A DNA stretch of 64,000 nucleotides from Octopus bimaculoides. Its lineage: Eukaryota. Below, piece after piece: positions 1 through 11,760 of this stretch (the first letter of the stretch is position 1; every line of letters begins with the position of its first letter). The stretch lies in assembly GCF_001194135.2 (NCBI RefSeq), contig NC_068985.1, positions 123,471,976-123,535,975 of the forward strand, in the 5' to 3' direction. The notes beneath the pieces are model-generated. The model worked only from the letters and a program-made list of their open reading frames with translations. It was not told the origin of the DNA and did no database searches. Both the position numbers and the translations under genes were made by a program.

Positions 1-1190
1 AATAACTGCACTTATGTGTGTGTCTTTAATGGTGAGTCCATGTGACTTTTTAGCAATTTCCTGTTATATCCACTATAATGATGAATCATTGATTATAAAG
101 CTTGTATGAATGGAATGATGCAAATTCCTATTTAGTAACATTTCTTATATATTTTCCCTACATTTAAAAAAAAAAAATCCTTTCAACATTCATACATTTT
201 AGCTTAATCATTGATTGTGTATGTTGCTGTTACTGCTGCTACTATCCCAATAAAAGTGTGATGTTGCAGTTGAAGTTAAAGTAGTAGAATGGCTCAAAGT
301 AGAATGGCTCAAACTTCTGAAAATTTGGCCTTGATGACTGTGCATCAGCCAAGTAATTTGCATCTTGTTTGAAATCTGCTGTTCCATGTTGAAAATGCTG
401 CTCTGTTGTAATGTGGTGTTACTCCAAGCTCCTGGCACACCAACTAGACTGCATGATATGGTTTTTATTTTATGTCAGCGGGCACTTATGTTGCACATCC
501 TTTCAGATGTGGTGAATGTCAACCTCTGTATGTGCATGCAGTTCAGAAACTGATAGCCATACATGTGATGACACTGGTGCTAAGCTGCATTAGCTCAAGT
601 CAGCAGTCTTTCTCTTAGATAAACATATTTTGTGTGGAGAAAGGAGATTTGCATGCTTGAGCAACTGCTAATCTTCCACAAAAAAAATCATGCCCTTGCC
701 TCTACACACATTTGTAGATATATGGACAGCCTTGATTAGTGGAGGCTCCTATAAATACAATGTACAAACAATTCTTTTGATTAAGTAACTGGAACTTGAA
801 TTTCTGAGAACCATACAAGAACATTCAATCATTTATTTCTATTCTAATGAGCTTTAATTAATACTGATGTAAATGATTGTTTCTCTTTTTTTTTTTTTTC
901 TGATGCAAGAACACGAGGGTACAGTCTGATACCTTTAATTCCAGTATGTTACTTGCTGATATCTTGCAAACAGATGAAAAGCCTTAGTCAGCCTTCATAG
1001 GATTTGAACTCAGAATTTCCAAGCACCAAATGGGAAGCTGTAAAACCTGCAATCAGCTCATTAAAGCATATACTTTCAAATATTTGAAATATATAATCTA
1101 TTTTTTTATGCCCATATTTGGGTATAAAAATATGAAGAAAATAGTTTTTTATGTGAAAAAATGGATAAACTGAAAACTAAAATTAGAAGG

Positions 1191-1360
1191 AGGTAAAAAG
1201 AGAAAATAGAAAGCTTCTGACAGTGTGGAAAGTTTTATAAGACCTTTATATTTCAGGTGCAAAAGCCCATCTTCAGAAGGAAAACAGTCTGGGAAATGTC
1301 CATTTATGCAGGTTAAATTTTCTGCATTGTCAGAAGCTTTCTGTTTTCTCTATTTTTACC
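1191..1360. repeat. ~40-bp imperfect inverted repeat enclosing a hammerhead-like motif
   Basis: GGTAAAAAGAGAAAATAGAAAGCTTCTGACAGTGTGGAAA versus the reverse complement of 1318-1360, GGTAAAAATAGAGAAAACAGAAAGCTTCTGACAATGCAGAAA. Confidence 0.75.
1243..1280 (-). ncRNA. Minimal type-I hammerhead ribozyme-like motif (stem II degenerate)
   Basis: Minus strand reads CCTT-CTGAAGA-T-GGGCTTTTGCACCT-GAAA-TA-T-A-AAGG: stem I CCTT/AAGG, both core boxes and a palindromic ATAT. Confidence 0.5.
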
Positions 1361-3399
1361 ATTACAATGCTTCAAGCAAATTACAATGCTCTTAAAATTA
1401 GAAATTTGAAATGATTATTTTTAAGCATTCTAATTAATATTGATATGTGAACTTAAAAAGAATGAATATATAAGCAAAAGAATATTTGTGGTGATATACA
1501 AAGAAATATTTTTTTAGTGTTGTATCGTTATTTTATTTATTTATTTATAAATACAGATTTATTTATATAATTATTGTAAAGACTTTTAAGATTAAGCAAG
1601 TAACGCATGTTTATATATTTTAAACTAAATATGGGTGCATACAAAAATGTCATATAATAGAGGATCCGAAGGGAGTCATATAAACATTGAAATTACACAT
1701 TTTTGATTTGCTTTCACATGTATCATTTGCATTTATTCAACAATGATTAGTTTAAAATGTAAGATAAATAACTACCAAGAAAGAAACAATAAATGAAGCA
1801 AAATTTCATTTAAAAATGTACCTACTAAACATTTGTGAAAATTTACTAGTAAGGTTGGGTAAAAGCAACCATAATATTTCTGTCCTCCTGTCATTGCTTG
1901 TACTGGTGCATCTTTTGCTTAGAATAATGATGAGTGAGTATTCCTGGTTTGATATATGTTAAACTACTTGTGGCTTTTTTGCCAATTGTCTATCTTCCAA
2001 GTTTTTCCTGTATTCTGGTCCTATTTCTATCCAGTCAGTATATTGTTTTCTATTTCATTTTACATTCTCCATCTCATTTGCTTGGTCTAGAAAGTGATGG
2101 TTTGCACATCAAACTATTGAGAATTTGAAATTTTTGTCATGTTATTCTTTTGTTGCATTTTACATGCTTTATGTTAGGTTCACCTTGTTTTCTTTGCTTG
2201 CACGTTCTTTTTTTTTTTTTTTGCTGGTAATTTTCCATTCCTCTCTAGCTTGCTTAATGTCTCCATTGTCACAAGATGATAAGGTGTTGCTGTTTGTAGG
2301 AAAGGGGAAGGTTTCTACTTTTTGGTTACTGAGACTGAAGAGATTAGTTTTCCAGCCCCTTACAGTGTTGGACTCAATGCTACTGGCTGCTGTTATTACT
2401 GCTGTTGATCACTCTTCTCCCCCATCACACTCTCTCTGACACTATTGGTTATGGCCTAGGGAGGGCCCTTTGGCCACTTGGCACTGAGGGCAGGGTGATC
2501 TGCCAATTTTAGAGTTTTTACTACAAGGACTCTGTAAACAATAGCATTTTCTGAAACTTGGTGTCATTATTTCTGCTATTTTCCTTTTCTGTTTTGCTGT
2601 CCCTATAGGTAGAAAGCCCTCAAGTGGTTTTTACCACAACTTGTGTTAGCAACTCAGCTTCTTGCTCTGCACTTCTAGTTTCATCAGCCTTCTCTTTGCA
2701 CTTATAAATGAAAGCAGTTCTGGAATGGCTGTGGTAGTCAGGGCCTATAAAAACTTAAATGATCATTGAGACTCCATGAGACTGTGTCATTCTTTATGAT
2801 CTCAGCACCCTACTACATCACAAATGTACCTAGAATCATTACCAACATCCTTGATCCTGTCTTACCTGTTTCATTCCCCCAAATACTGTGGCACATGTGT
2901 ACTTGTAGGTGTGTATTGAACCTGCCTGTCTTGTTTGCTTGCTTAATCCCCATTCCTGTAAACTATACTTATAGACCAACTGGGGAAATGTTCTTCCACA
3001 TATTGTTCATTGCTACATGCAATTGTTGCTTCATTTCAAAGGAAGTCTCCAAGTTCCTAGCAAGACAAATATACATGATTTCTTTTTCTTTCCTTTTATT
3101 TAATAATGTGGTCAGGAAGAATAACACCCTCCTTGGTTACTCAGCTTTGCCATTCTGCTCTTCCCTGTGATAACTTACTCATTTTTCTTTGTGACTGGCA
3201 ACCCTGGAAAATGCTTGTGAGTGCATGTTGTTATTTTTGCTAATAAAATTATTTCTTTTTTATTTCATTTTGTCAGTATTTTTCCTCTTATGTCAGCAAT
3301 TTTTTGGAGAGGGCGTTTAGTTGATACCATGAGTCCAGAAAGGATGAAATTAAATTTAACCTCAATGGGACTTGAACTCAAAATGTAAAGAGTCTAAAC

Positions 3400-3627
3400 C
3401 AGGGGTCCATATAACATTTTCTTGTTAAAATTTTTGTGCAATAAATTATTTATACTTCTACAATACACAAAATATTAAAATTTTTTTAATATAATTCCTT
3501 ATAATATTTGATTATAAAAATAGAGTAGGATTTTTTTTTTATACACATCAGATGTTTATTAGGGTACCACAGAAGAGAATAGGAATCAGAGGGGGTTCGT
3601 AGACGAAAAAAAGGTTAAAAACCACTG
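3400..3627. mobile_element. hAT (Charlie-like) MITE with 8-bp TSD
   Basis: Ends CAGGGGT...ACCACTG, with a perfect GTCTAAAC duplication at 3392-3399 and 3628-3635. It interrupts an old minus-strand SINE. Confidence 0.75.
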
Positions 3628-4310
3628 GTCTAAACAAATACTGCAATGTTGTGATAATTCTGTGAGTATACCACCTTGAAAATAATCATTTCTAATTTAG
3701 GCAGAAAACCAGCAATTTTTAGAGGAAGGGGTGTTAGTTAATTATATTGAATCCAGTTTTTGACAAGTCGATATTTTATAGATGAAAAGCAAAGATAACC
3801 ACAATACTATGTGAACTCAGAACATAAAGTGCCAGAAGATTGCAAGATATTTTTTCTGATGTTTTAATGATTCAGCCAATGTACCACTCTAAATATGGTT
3901 TCTAATTTAGGTACAAGGCTAGCAATTTTGAGAGAATGGAGTTAGTCATTATCCAGCAGCCTTGAATTTTGACTGGTACTTTATTTTGTTGAGCACAAAA
4001 GTTGACCTCAGTGAGATCTGAGCTTGGAACATAGAGAGCATGAAAAAATATTTCGAAGCCTGAAAAAATACTTTATGACAGTGTTGTTTCTATCAGCTTT
4101 CTACTGTGAGGATGATTTAATAATAATGAGGACAGTGGTGGTGGCAGTGGCAGTGGTATTGGTAGTGGTAGCAGCTGCAGCAAAGAAGCAGTAGAAGAAG
4201 AATTGAGAGGAAATGACTTAGTTTTTGACAAATTGGATATTGCTAAGAGTCAGAAGAAGGAAAACAGAAAATCATAAGAAGAAAACAAAAACTCATGTTT
4301 TAATTACATC

Positions 4311-4380
4311 AATACACCTACACAAACATACATACATTTAGAAATACACCTACACAAACATACATACATTTAGAAATACA
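4311..4380. repeat. 32-bp perfect tandem duplication
   Basis: AATACACCTACACAAACATACATACATTTAGA occurs twice, plus a partial third copy. Confidence 0.9.
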
Positions 4381-7300
4381 CATACATAGACAGACACATG
4401 CATACATCCCTACACACCCTCCCATGCATACACATGCTTAAATGGAATGCCAAACAACCTCAGAATGAAGTGTGTTGTTGATTGATATGATTAGAGGAAG
4501 TTAATGAGTCTTTTTGGTGAGAAACAATTGTAAAACTCTACTATTCACTATGTATTATTAGTATCAATTGCAGGTTTTCTTCAAATACAGTTGTAAAAAG
4601 ACTAATTATAAAAAACTAGATCAACTGTTGACATGGTGTTTATTTTTTTTGTTTTGATTTCAAATTTTATTTACTTTATTTGTAAGTTTATAGATTTCTT
4701 TATCTCCCATCCCACACCCTTTTTGCTTGGTTTATTTTCTATGATTAACATTGGTGATGACATGTTTTATAAGCAGACTTAAACTGAAGTAGTTTTTTTC
4801 CTTCTCTGAGTTTGTCAGTTAATTGGCTCCTTTGTTAATCTAATAATTATTACCCAATTTCCATCCTGGCAATCCCTTATTTAGTGTCTGTATGGAAAAA
4901 TGGAATGGTGCTGCAAATTAAGATACATTTCTATGTCTTAATTAGTGAAGCAAGTTTTCATTTATAAATATATTATATTTCACTTAAATGTTCAAGTCGT
5001 AGTCATGCATTTTTTTAAGCTTTAATATTTAAAACAAAAAAATTGTTTGCATAAATGATAAGCTTCTGAGTTAAGGTAGCAATACATTGAACGTTGGTAG
5101 TTTAAGAATAACAAAATTAAGCAAGCAATATGGTGAAGTTAAACAATTTGAGGATAGCAGAGTTGGAATAGAAGATCAGTGAATTTCGTAGATGAGGTAG
5201 CATTGTTGGAGGAACAATATGATGAACTCAGCAAGTTTAAAAGCAAAAGAGTCGAGGTAGTAAATTGATGAACTTATTGCTTTTTAGTCAGTGTTTCAAT
5301 TTTATTCTCTCAGATGTTTTCAGCCACTTATTATGTTCCTCCCTCCAATGTGATTGTTCTTCATCTTGTACTAGTGTTGGTTGATGCCTGTAAGAAAGAT
5401 GTGGGTATTGAAAAAGTCCAAGGAGTTGAAGTTTTGAGGAAAATATATTGATTGCTTTGTTTAACAGTGAAAAGAATTAATGATGACAGAAGTCTGTTGA
5501 GGTTAATGCAGAGCTTGTCAGTTGAATGGAGCAAAAACTGTTATATTTGTGGTGGAAGACACAAAAGGAGGATAATACATGCCAAAATGCCAATAGTTAT
5601 TGGTGAACAAAGGTTTTAGTGTCATTCAGCTGGATTTCTGTCTGCTATTTATAATGTTCTGTGTATGTAGCAGCTGTTATGTTCCTCATATATGAACCAT
5701 AATCCAGTGTGGGACATGTTCGTGCTTTGTAATTACCAAGTGCTCAGAATTGAAGTAGTTTCAAACTCGGAAGAGAAGGCTTAGTCTTCAATCTTCAAAA
5801 TTTGGCTTTGGTATCGTACAATTTTATGTTTCAATCCTTTGTAAATTTACTTTTTTTAAGGGCATAGTCAATGAATGAGAGATGTCACCCATTGACTTTA
5901 TGTGAGGTCTCTGAGACTGCCGGTATAGGGATGAAGCCATGATACATGAATTATGTCTTGTTTACATTTTATTTTGGAATTCTCTCAATCATTGTTTACT
6001 TTGTGTCTGCACATGCATGTGCAAGCCTGAGTAAGATATTGTTAGGGAAGACCAGCAGTTGCATGCAAGTTTCTTTGTCTGTACCACTAATGTTTATTGA
6101 AATAAACATTAGTGGTACAGGAAACAATAGAGAAAGGCTACAGACTTGGGTTGATACAATTTGGCACCAGTGTTATTGCAGATGTTGTTGATAGAACTCT
6201 AAGATTGAGAGCAGATACCACAAAGGCGTCTTGCCCTACCTGTCAACACTTCAGTCAATCCACCTCCCAGCATTGATGCTTCATTATCAACCATAAAAGG
6301 ACGAAAGGTAAAGTTGGCCTTGGTAGGATTTAAACTGAAAGCACTGAGAATCAGGACAAGTATTTTCTCCATCACTCTAACAACTCTGTCAGCTTACCAA
6401 TGGTATTACGAGAACACTGTTTGTATGGACCTTGTGGAGGAAATCTTAGCTGGCTGGAACACAATTACGAGCAATAAAATGTGGAGTATACAACAGAAAA
6501 CAAAATATAAAGTATTTTAGATATTCACTGGACTTCCATCTCTTAATCATCTTGACTTTTATCCTGAAGTAGGGTAAGAAAATAGTCCATCAACTGAACA
6601 ACTCTTCCTCGTTTTAAAGTCACTTTATCATCATCTCTTTCTAAGTCGTTTAGCAATAGAGGAATACTAAAGCTTGCATATTTTGGTAGTAATTACTTCA
6701 GACCTACACATATGACTCTCAAACAATTTAAACTTAATACTGGATGAGTGAAGTGATCATTATCATTTGTAATGAATCAACACCAATTAATTAATATTCT
6801 GCTCTATGAATTAGCCATTAAAGGTCTCAAAATATTCAAAGTTTTCATATTTGTCATCTGTTAAGTTAAAAATATCATTACAGACTATATCTAAATATGA
6901 AGGTTAACATTTTATACATGGCTCATCAGCATCATCATCTAATAACTCCAAGTCTCGGATGAAGTTTTGATCAGTTTCCTTGGTCATATTTTGTGATAAT
7001 GTAATGTTTGTGCTGTTCGCTTTCTGTCTGAGCGATGCATTTATAACAATCAAACTATTATATAAATTTTTATAGAAGTCCATTTATTGTAAACAATGTT
7101 CTGTAACTTACTTGAATATTACATGTAGGTTATAGGATCTAGCTTGCTCAAGATGAACTTATACAAAAATTGACTTTGTAGTTTGACTATCATATTATGC
7201 TATACACACAGTTAGTGAGTGAAAAACAAAACTTACATCACCATACAAAAGCACTGCACCCAAAGTGGTTTCCTCTTGACATTTCCTGGTCCATAAGAGG

Positions 7301-9475
7301 TTTATGAGATTGACACTGAACTAAAAGCAAAAATCACACATTACACATTACTTAATGCCTTGTTACTTATAGTGATAAACTGTGCTGCCCCATGATGTAT
7401 ATTTATAGACAGTTAAACTTAGCCATTGATTTATGTGCAATACTACAAATGAGATGCAGATATGCTGGTGTCTTATTGATTTAGCTAGCTGCTGTTTTCC
7501 TTAGTAATGTCCCGGGAGCTTAACTTGTCTGGTTGTTGTTGACATTATTCTCTGTGTGTGTGAGAGAGACAGAGAGAGAGAGAGAGTGTGTGTACGCATG
7601 CAAAATTTCAAATATATTTAATAAATTTGCCACTTTTTGATATCTATGTTTCAAATATGCAGTGAATATATCTTTGTGTCAAGCTTGCTCATTGCGTCCA
7701 TTTTTAACAACAAGATCTTTCTCCAGTGATGTGCAGAAGTTGTGAGGCAAAACTAGGATTCATTGAGCTGAACAACCAAATGTTCCAAGGGTCAGCATTT
7801 AGTGACTTCATTATGCATCTTTTCCACCTAAACATTTACAACATTCAATCGTATTACACATCTAGGAGACATTGCGTCAGTGTCTTCCGGACACTAATGA
7901 TTTTCACATACCAGTCACTCTGAATACATTCATTCTCAGTTTTGAGTTCATACTTTTGATCCTCCACTTTCTCATATTCAACTTATTTCTTTCTCTGACT
8001 AATGCAGATCCTTCACATTCTCTGCTTAAACAGTTTCACTATCATACATCCGTCACTCTCTTCTAATACATGACTCTACTACCATGGGTACAGTTCTTGG
8101 TAGGAAGGACTGGACTGTCTGGATGGGGAGACACAGTAAGAGTGGTGGGAAGGAAAGTTTACTGGTTGGATAGGTGATTCTTAAAGAAGATATGGAGTTA
8201 GTTTGAAACAGAGGTAGCTGCAGGCAATGAAATGAAACAGAATATTTGTGAATTAATGATTAAATTGAAAGCAGGTAACATCAGTTAACCTCTTAAAAAT
8301 GAGAGCTAAATCTCCCTCAAATCTCACTCTGTATATCATCTATACAGAGAATGACACACTGGATAATGAAATGCTAGATATGTCTGGAAAAGAGATGGGA
8401 TAGCTATGCTGAAATGCATTTAATTTTGTCTGCTGGATTAGGGACTGAGCCAAGGCTAAACAATGACAATAGCTACATGTTTAAAACCTGCCAATATCCT
8501 CCAAATGTTTCACCAACCATCAACAAGTGCTACTGGTAATATTTAAGTCTTATACAATTTATTGGGTGGTCTGTTACTAAACTGGCTGCTCTACAAAACT
8601 TGCCTCAAAGCTTGAAGAAGGTAGCTAGACACCCAGCAGGACAAAAACAGCTATCTAGAAATAGTGCAGAGATGTAGAAATTCCTGATTAATGTCTGGTG
8701 TGTTGTAAGACTACTGAGAAGAAGTAGCTTTTGTTAAATCATATCTCAAGAAGATGGCACTACTGTCTCCACATCTCACAGGCCATATAAACAGGTAGGT
8801 TGTCTGGACACAGCAACCTTGGAAGGCAGCCAGCCTAGCAGGAAGACAATTCCTAAATATAAACCTCACTGTCTGTTGAGTACCTGTAAAGGTTTAGGGA
8901 ATAAATCAGATCTGAAGAGAACTCAAGCCCACCAACCCTTTTCATCTCAAAGAGAGTTTGAAGTGGCAATGAATGAAAGCAGATTGGTGGTTGTATCTGA
9001 GGCTCCTGATTGTCAGTAACAAGGATGACAATATTTATTCTTGTAAATGGATTCAATTTGGTTAACTGAACCTCTAGTCTTTATTTTATCATTGATTGTA
9101 TATGAGAAGCAAACATGGCTGTGGGGTTAAGATTACATTGTAACTACATGATTTCAGGTTCGATCCTTCTCCACAGCAGCTCAGACTTGTGCTTTCTAGC
9201 TGTGGATGCAGCTATGACTGTGTGGTTAAGAAGTTTGCTTCATAACAATGTAGTTTTTGGTCCAGTTGCATTGCATGGTACCTTGGCTTTGTTTTCTCCC
9301 ATAGTCACAGATCTACCAAAGCCATGGGTGCTGGCAGTTATGAAGTTTACCTTGCATTGCTGTGGTTTCAGGTTTAATCCTACTGTGTGGTACCTTCAGC
9401 TTGCATTTCCTTCCTTAATCTCAAATTGACTAAAGTCTTTTGAATGGGATTCAGTATGCAGAAACTGTGCGGAAG

Positions 9476-9709
9476 AAGGCGGTGAGCTGGCAGAAACATT
9501 GGTGCACCGGGCGAAATGCTTAGCGGTATTTCTTCTGCCGTTACGTTCTGAGTTCAAATTCCGCCGAGGTCGACTGTGACTTTCATCCTTTCGGAGTCGA
9601 TAAATTAAGTACCAGTTAGGCACTGGGGTTGATGTAATCGACTTAGTCCCTTTGTCTGTCCTTGTTTGTCCCCCTTTATGTTTAGCCCCTTGTGGGCAAT
9701 AAAGAAACG
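9476..9709 (+). mobile_element. tRNA-derived SINE, family A (young copy)
   Basis: A-box-like AGCTGGCAGAA and B-box-like GAGTTCAAATTCC. Flanked by AGAAACTGTG(C/T)GGAAG at 9460-9475 and 9710-9725. Near-identical copies occur at 35809 and 44065. Confidence 0.85.
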
Positions 9710-11057
9710 AGAAACTGTGTGGAAGCCCTTCAGAGGGACCGTTCCCTTACTTGGGTGGTAGATTTAATGTTTCCTGGTTTAATACCACATCCTGGTCTTT
9801 AGGTCTTTTGTGGAATTTAAACATTGAGATTAGGTGTCTGGACAGAGGATAACGTCCTCCTTCCAATCTTAGAAGTCCTGGAATGAGGTCATGTGAATTA
9901 CCTTCCTCTGACTAAACAATAAAAAAAAAGAAAAACAAAAAAAAAACAAAAGAAAACCCTTTATATTCCAGCCTATAAAATGACTTATGAAGTTAACAAA
10001 AATTTGCTCAAATGTAGAGGCATCTTTAGTATTGAATATAAAAACTGTATCTTGGTGGTAATCTGTATTCTAGATTAGGTCAGTAAATTTGTTTTTACTT
10101 GAAATAAAATTAGTTCCATTATAATTAACTGCAAAATTAAGATAAAAATATTAACTGTACTTATATTATTAACTGTAATAATATATCAAATGTAACTGAC
10201 TAGTTATATCTATATACTAGCAAACGCAGCTGTCCTTTGGACGGTTTAAGTTGCTTTGGTGGTATATTTTTCACCAAATATTTGAACTTCCAAGAAGGTT
10301 TATGAGTAGCACAGCAACCTATGTTTCCGATTAACCTAGGAATGGAAAATCTAATTGAAGGCTGGTTATTGTGGAGGTGTTGCACTTTAAGGAGCATACA
10401 ACATATAAGTTTACAAGTGATGTAAAGTAGAGCTGCTGAAGTGTTTTGGGAGTAGATTACAGATTATGACTACAAAATATAGTTGTTTTACACGAAAGGG
10501 AAATTTCTTGTCAGAAACAGCCACATAAATGGTGTAATGAAATTGAAGGAAGACATTAAAACTTCCCCTCTGCGAGTTTATTTTTTTCAACATCAAAGGG
10601 AGCTATTTTTTGGAGAGATAAGCTAACAAATGCCCCTTTATTCTTTCTTCCCACATAGCCTGTGCATAAACTAACAGCAAATGCTGCATAAAGTTAAATT
10701 GGTATGGAGCTTTCTGAAAGATGCGTATAGATTTCGCTAGTGGAAGCAAAACTCTTATTTAAAGGTTGATTCTTTGGAACAAATCATATGTGATTGTTTA
10801 AATAAAGGCTAGAATGACAATGCTAAAGCGCATTTGAAACAATGGACAACATTTGAAATATCATAATGAATGGGTACATAAGCATCCTTAAAGTGAAACA
10901 ACGCATTGGTAGGTAAACAAATAGAAGAGAGTGAAGGGAACATCATCTTTCAAGTAACTCAGAATAGGTAAAGGTAAGCTTGCCAAAGTTTAATGCAGTT
11001 TAAATATGGAGATTAAGATTGTTTGGTATTGGATATTCATCGTGTATAATGATCCTG

Positions 11058-11760
11058 GTCAATCTAATCACCATGGCAGGTGGATAGTTGAAATAAATAA
11101 ATAGACAAAATCTTTCCACTTTTATAAAAAGATTAAAAAAGTATGGAAGACCCTACATACAAAAAAACTATGTCCATTCAGGTCCATTTACACAGGAGCT
11201 CTGGGTAAAATACTTAGTGCATGACCATCCTTGGGACATAAGTAATGTGTGTGTAAAGTTTGGTGAAAATCGGTTGGAAATTGTGGAAATGTATGTGTTC
11301 AGCGTTCCTAGTCAGTTTAATCACTATGGCAGGTGGACAGTCGAAATAAATAAATAGACAAAATCCTTCCATAGTTCTATATTTAAGAGATGAGGAATTA
11401 TGTACATTATTTACATTCAATGGATTTTTGTCCTCATCTTGTTTGTTGTTAACACAACGTTTTGGCTGATATAACCTCCAGCCTTCTTCAGGTGTTTTGG
11501 GGAAATTTCGAACCTGGGTTCTCATTCCTAAGGTATTTTTCGATGTTATTATTGTTCAGGTCATTGAACAAAAAATTAATGTAAAAAATCCTTCCACTTT
11601 TGTAAAAAAGTATGGAAGACCCTATATACAAAAAGCTATGTCCACTTACACAGGAGCTCTGGACAGAATGTTATAGTGCATGACCATCTTTGGGACATAA
11701 GTAATGTGTGTGTAAAGTTTGGTGAAAATTGGTTGAGAATTGCGGAAATGTATGCATTAG
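11058..11760. repeat. Tandem ~253-bp repeat units; the second unit is split by a 213-bp insertion
   Basis: Units start at 11058 and 11311, and the second resumes at 11585. The AAGTTTGGTGAAAATCGGTT motif and the TATATATACTAGAT end near 11800 recall non-autonomous Helitron-like repeats (weak, recalled). Confidence 0.7.
11451..11497 (-). ncRNA. Minimal hammerhead-like motif, copy 1 (G12 mutated to A)
   Basis: Minus strand reads AAACAC-CTGAAGA-A-GGCTG-GAGGTTATAT-CAGCC-AAAA-CG-T-T-GTGTT. Confidence 0.6.

Noticed and set aside
2050-3200. ORFs 2125-2439 and 2766-3170 on +
   Set aside because: Hydrophobic peptides typical of reading antisense to a purine-rich decayed element; the minus frames are full of stops and I could not assign a family.
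6500-7050. Protein-looking minus-strand stretches (QNFIRDLELLDDDADEPC; PKYASFSIPLLLNDLERDDDKVTLKRGRVV)
   Set aside because: Interrupted by stops, with no consistent splice phases and no recognised homolog.
7690-8000. Possible Tc1-like transposase trace on the minus strand (NES*FCL resembling DESRFCL)
   Set aside because: One short degenerate motif with no TIRs identified.
8810-8900. GCAACCTTGGAAGGCAGCCAGCCTAG resembling recalled RTE 5'UTR sequence, possibly with an HDV-like ribozyme
   Set aside because: The similarity is from memory only and I could not build the nested pseudoknot.
9476-9570. tRNA gene candidates (SINE heads here and elsewhere)
   Set aside because: A and B boxes are present but there is no full cloverleaf, and they continue into SINE bodies.
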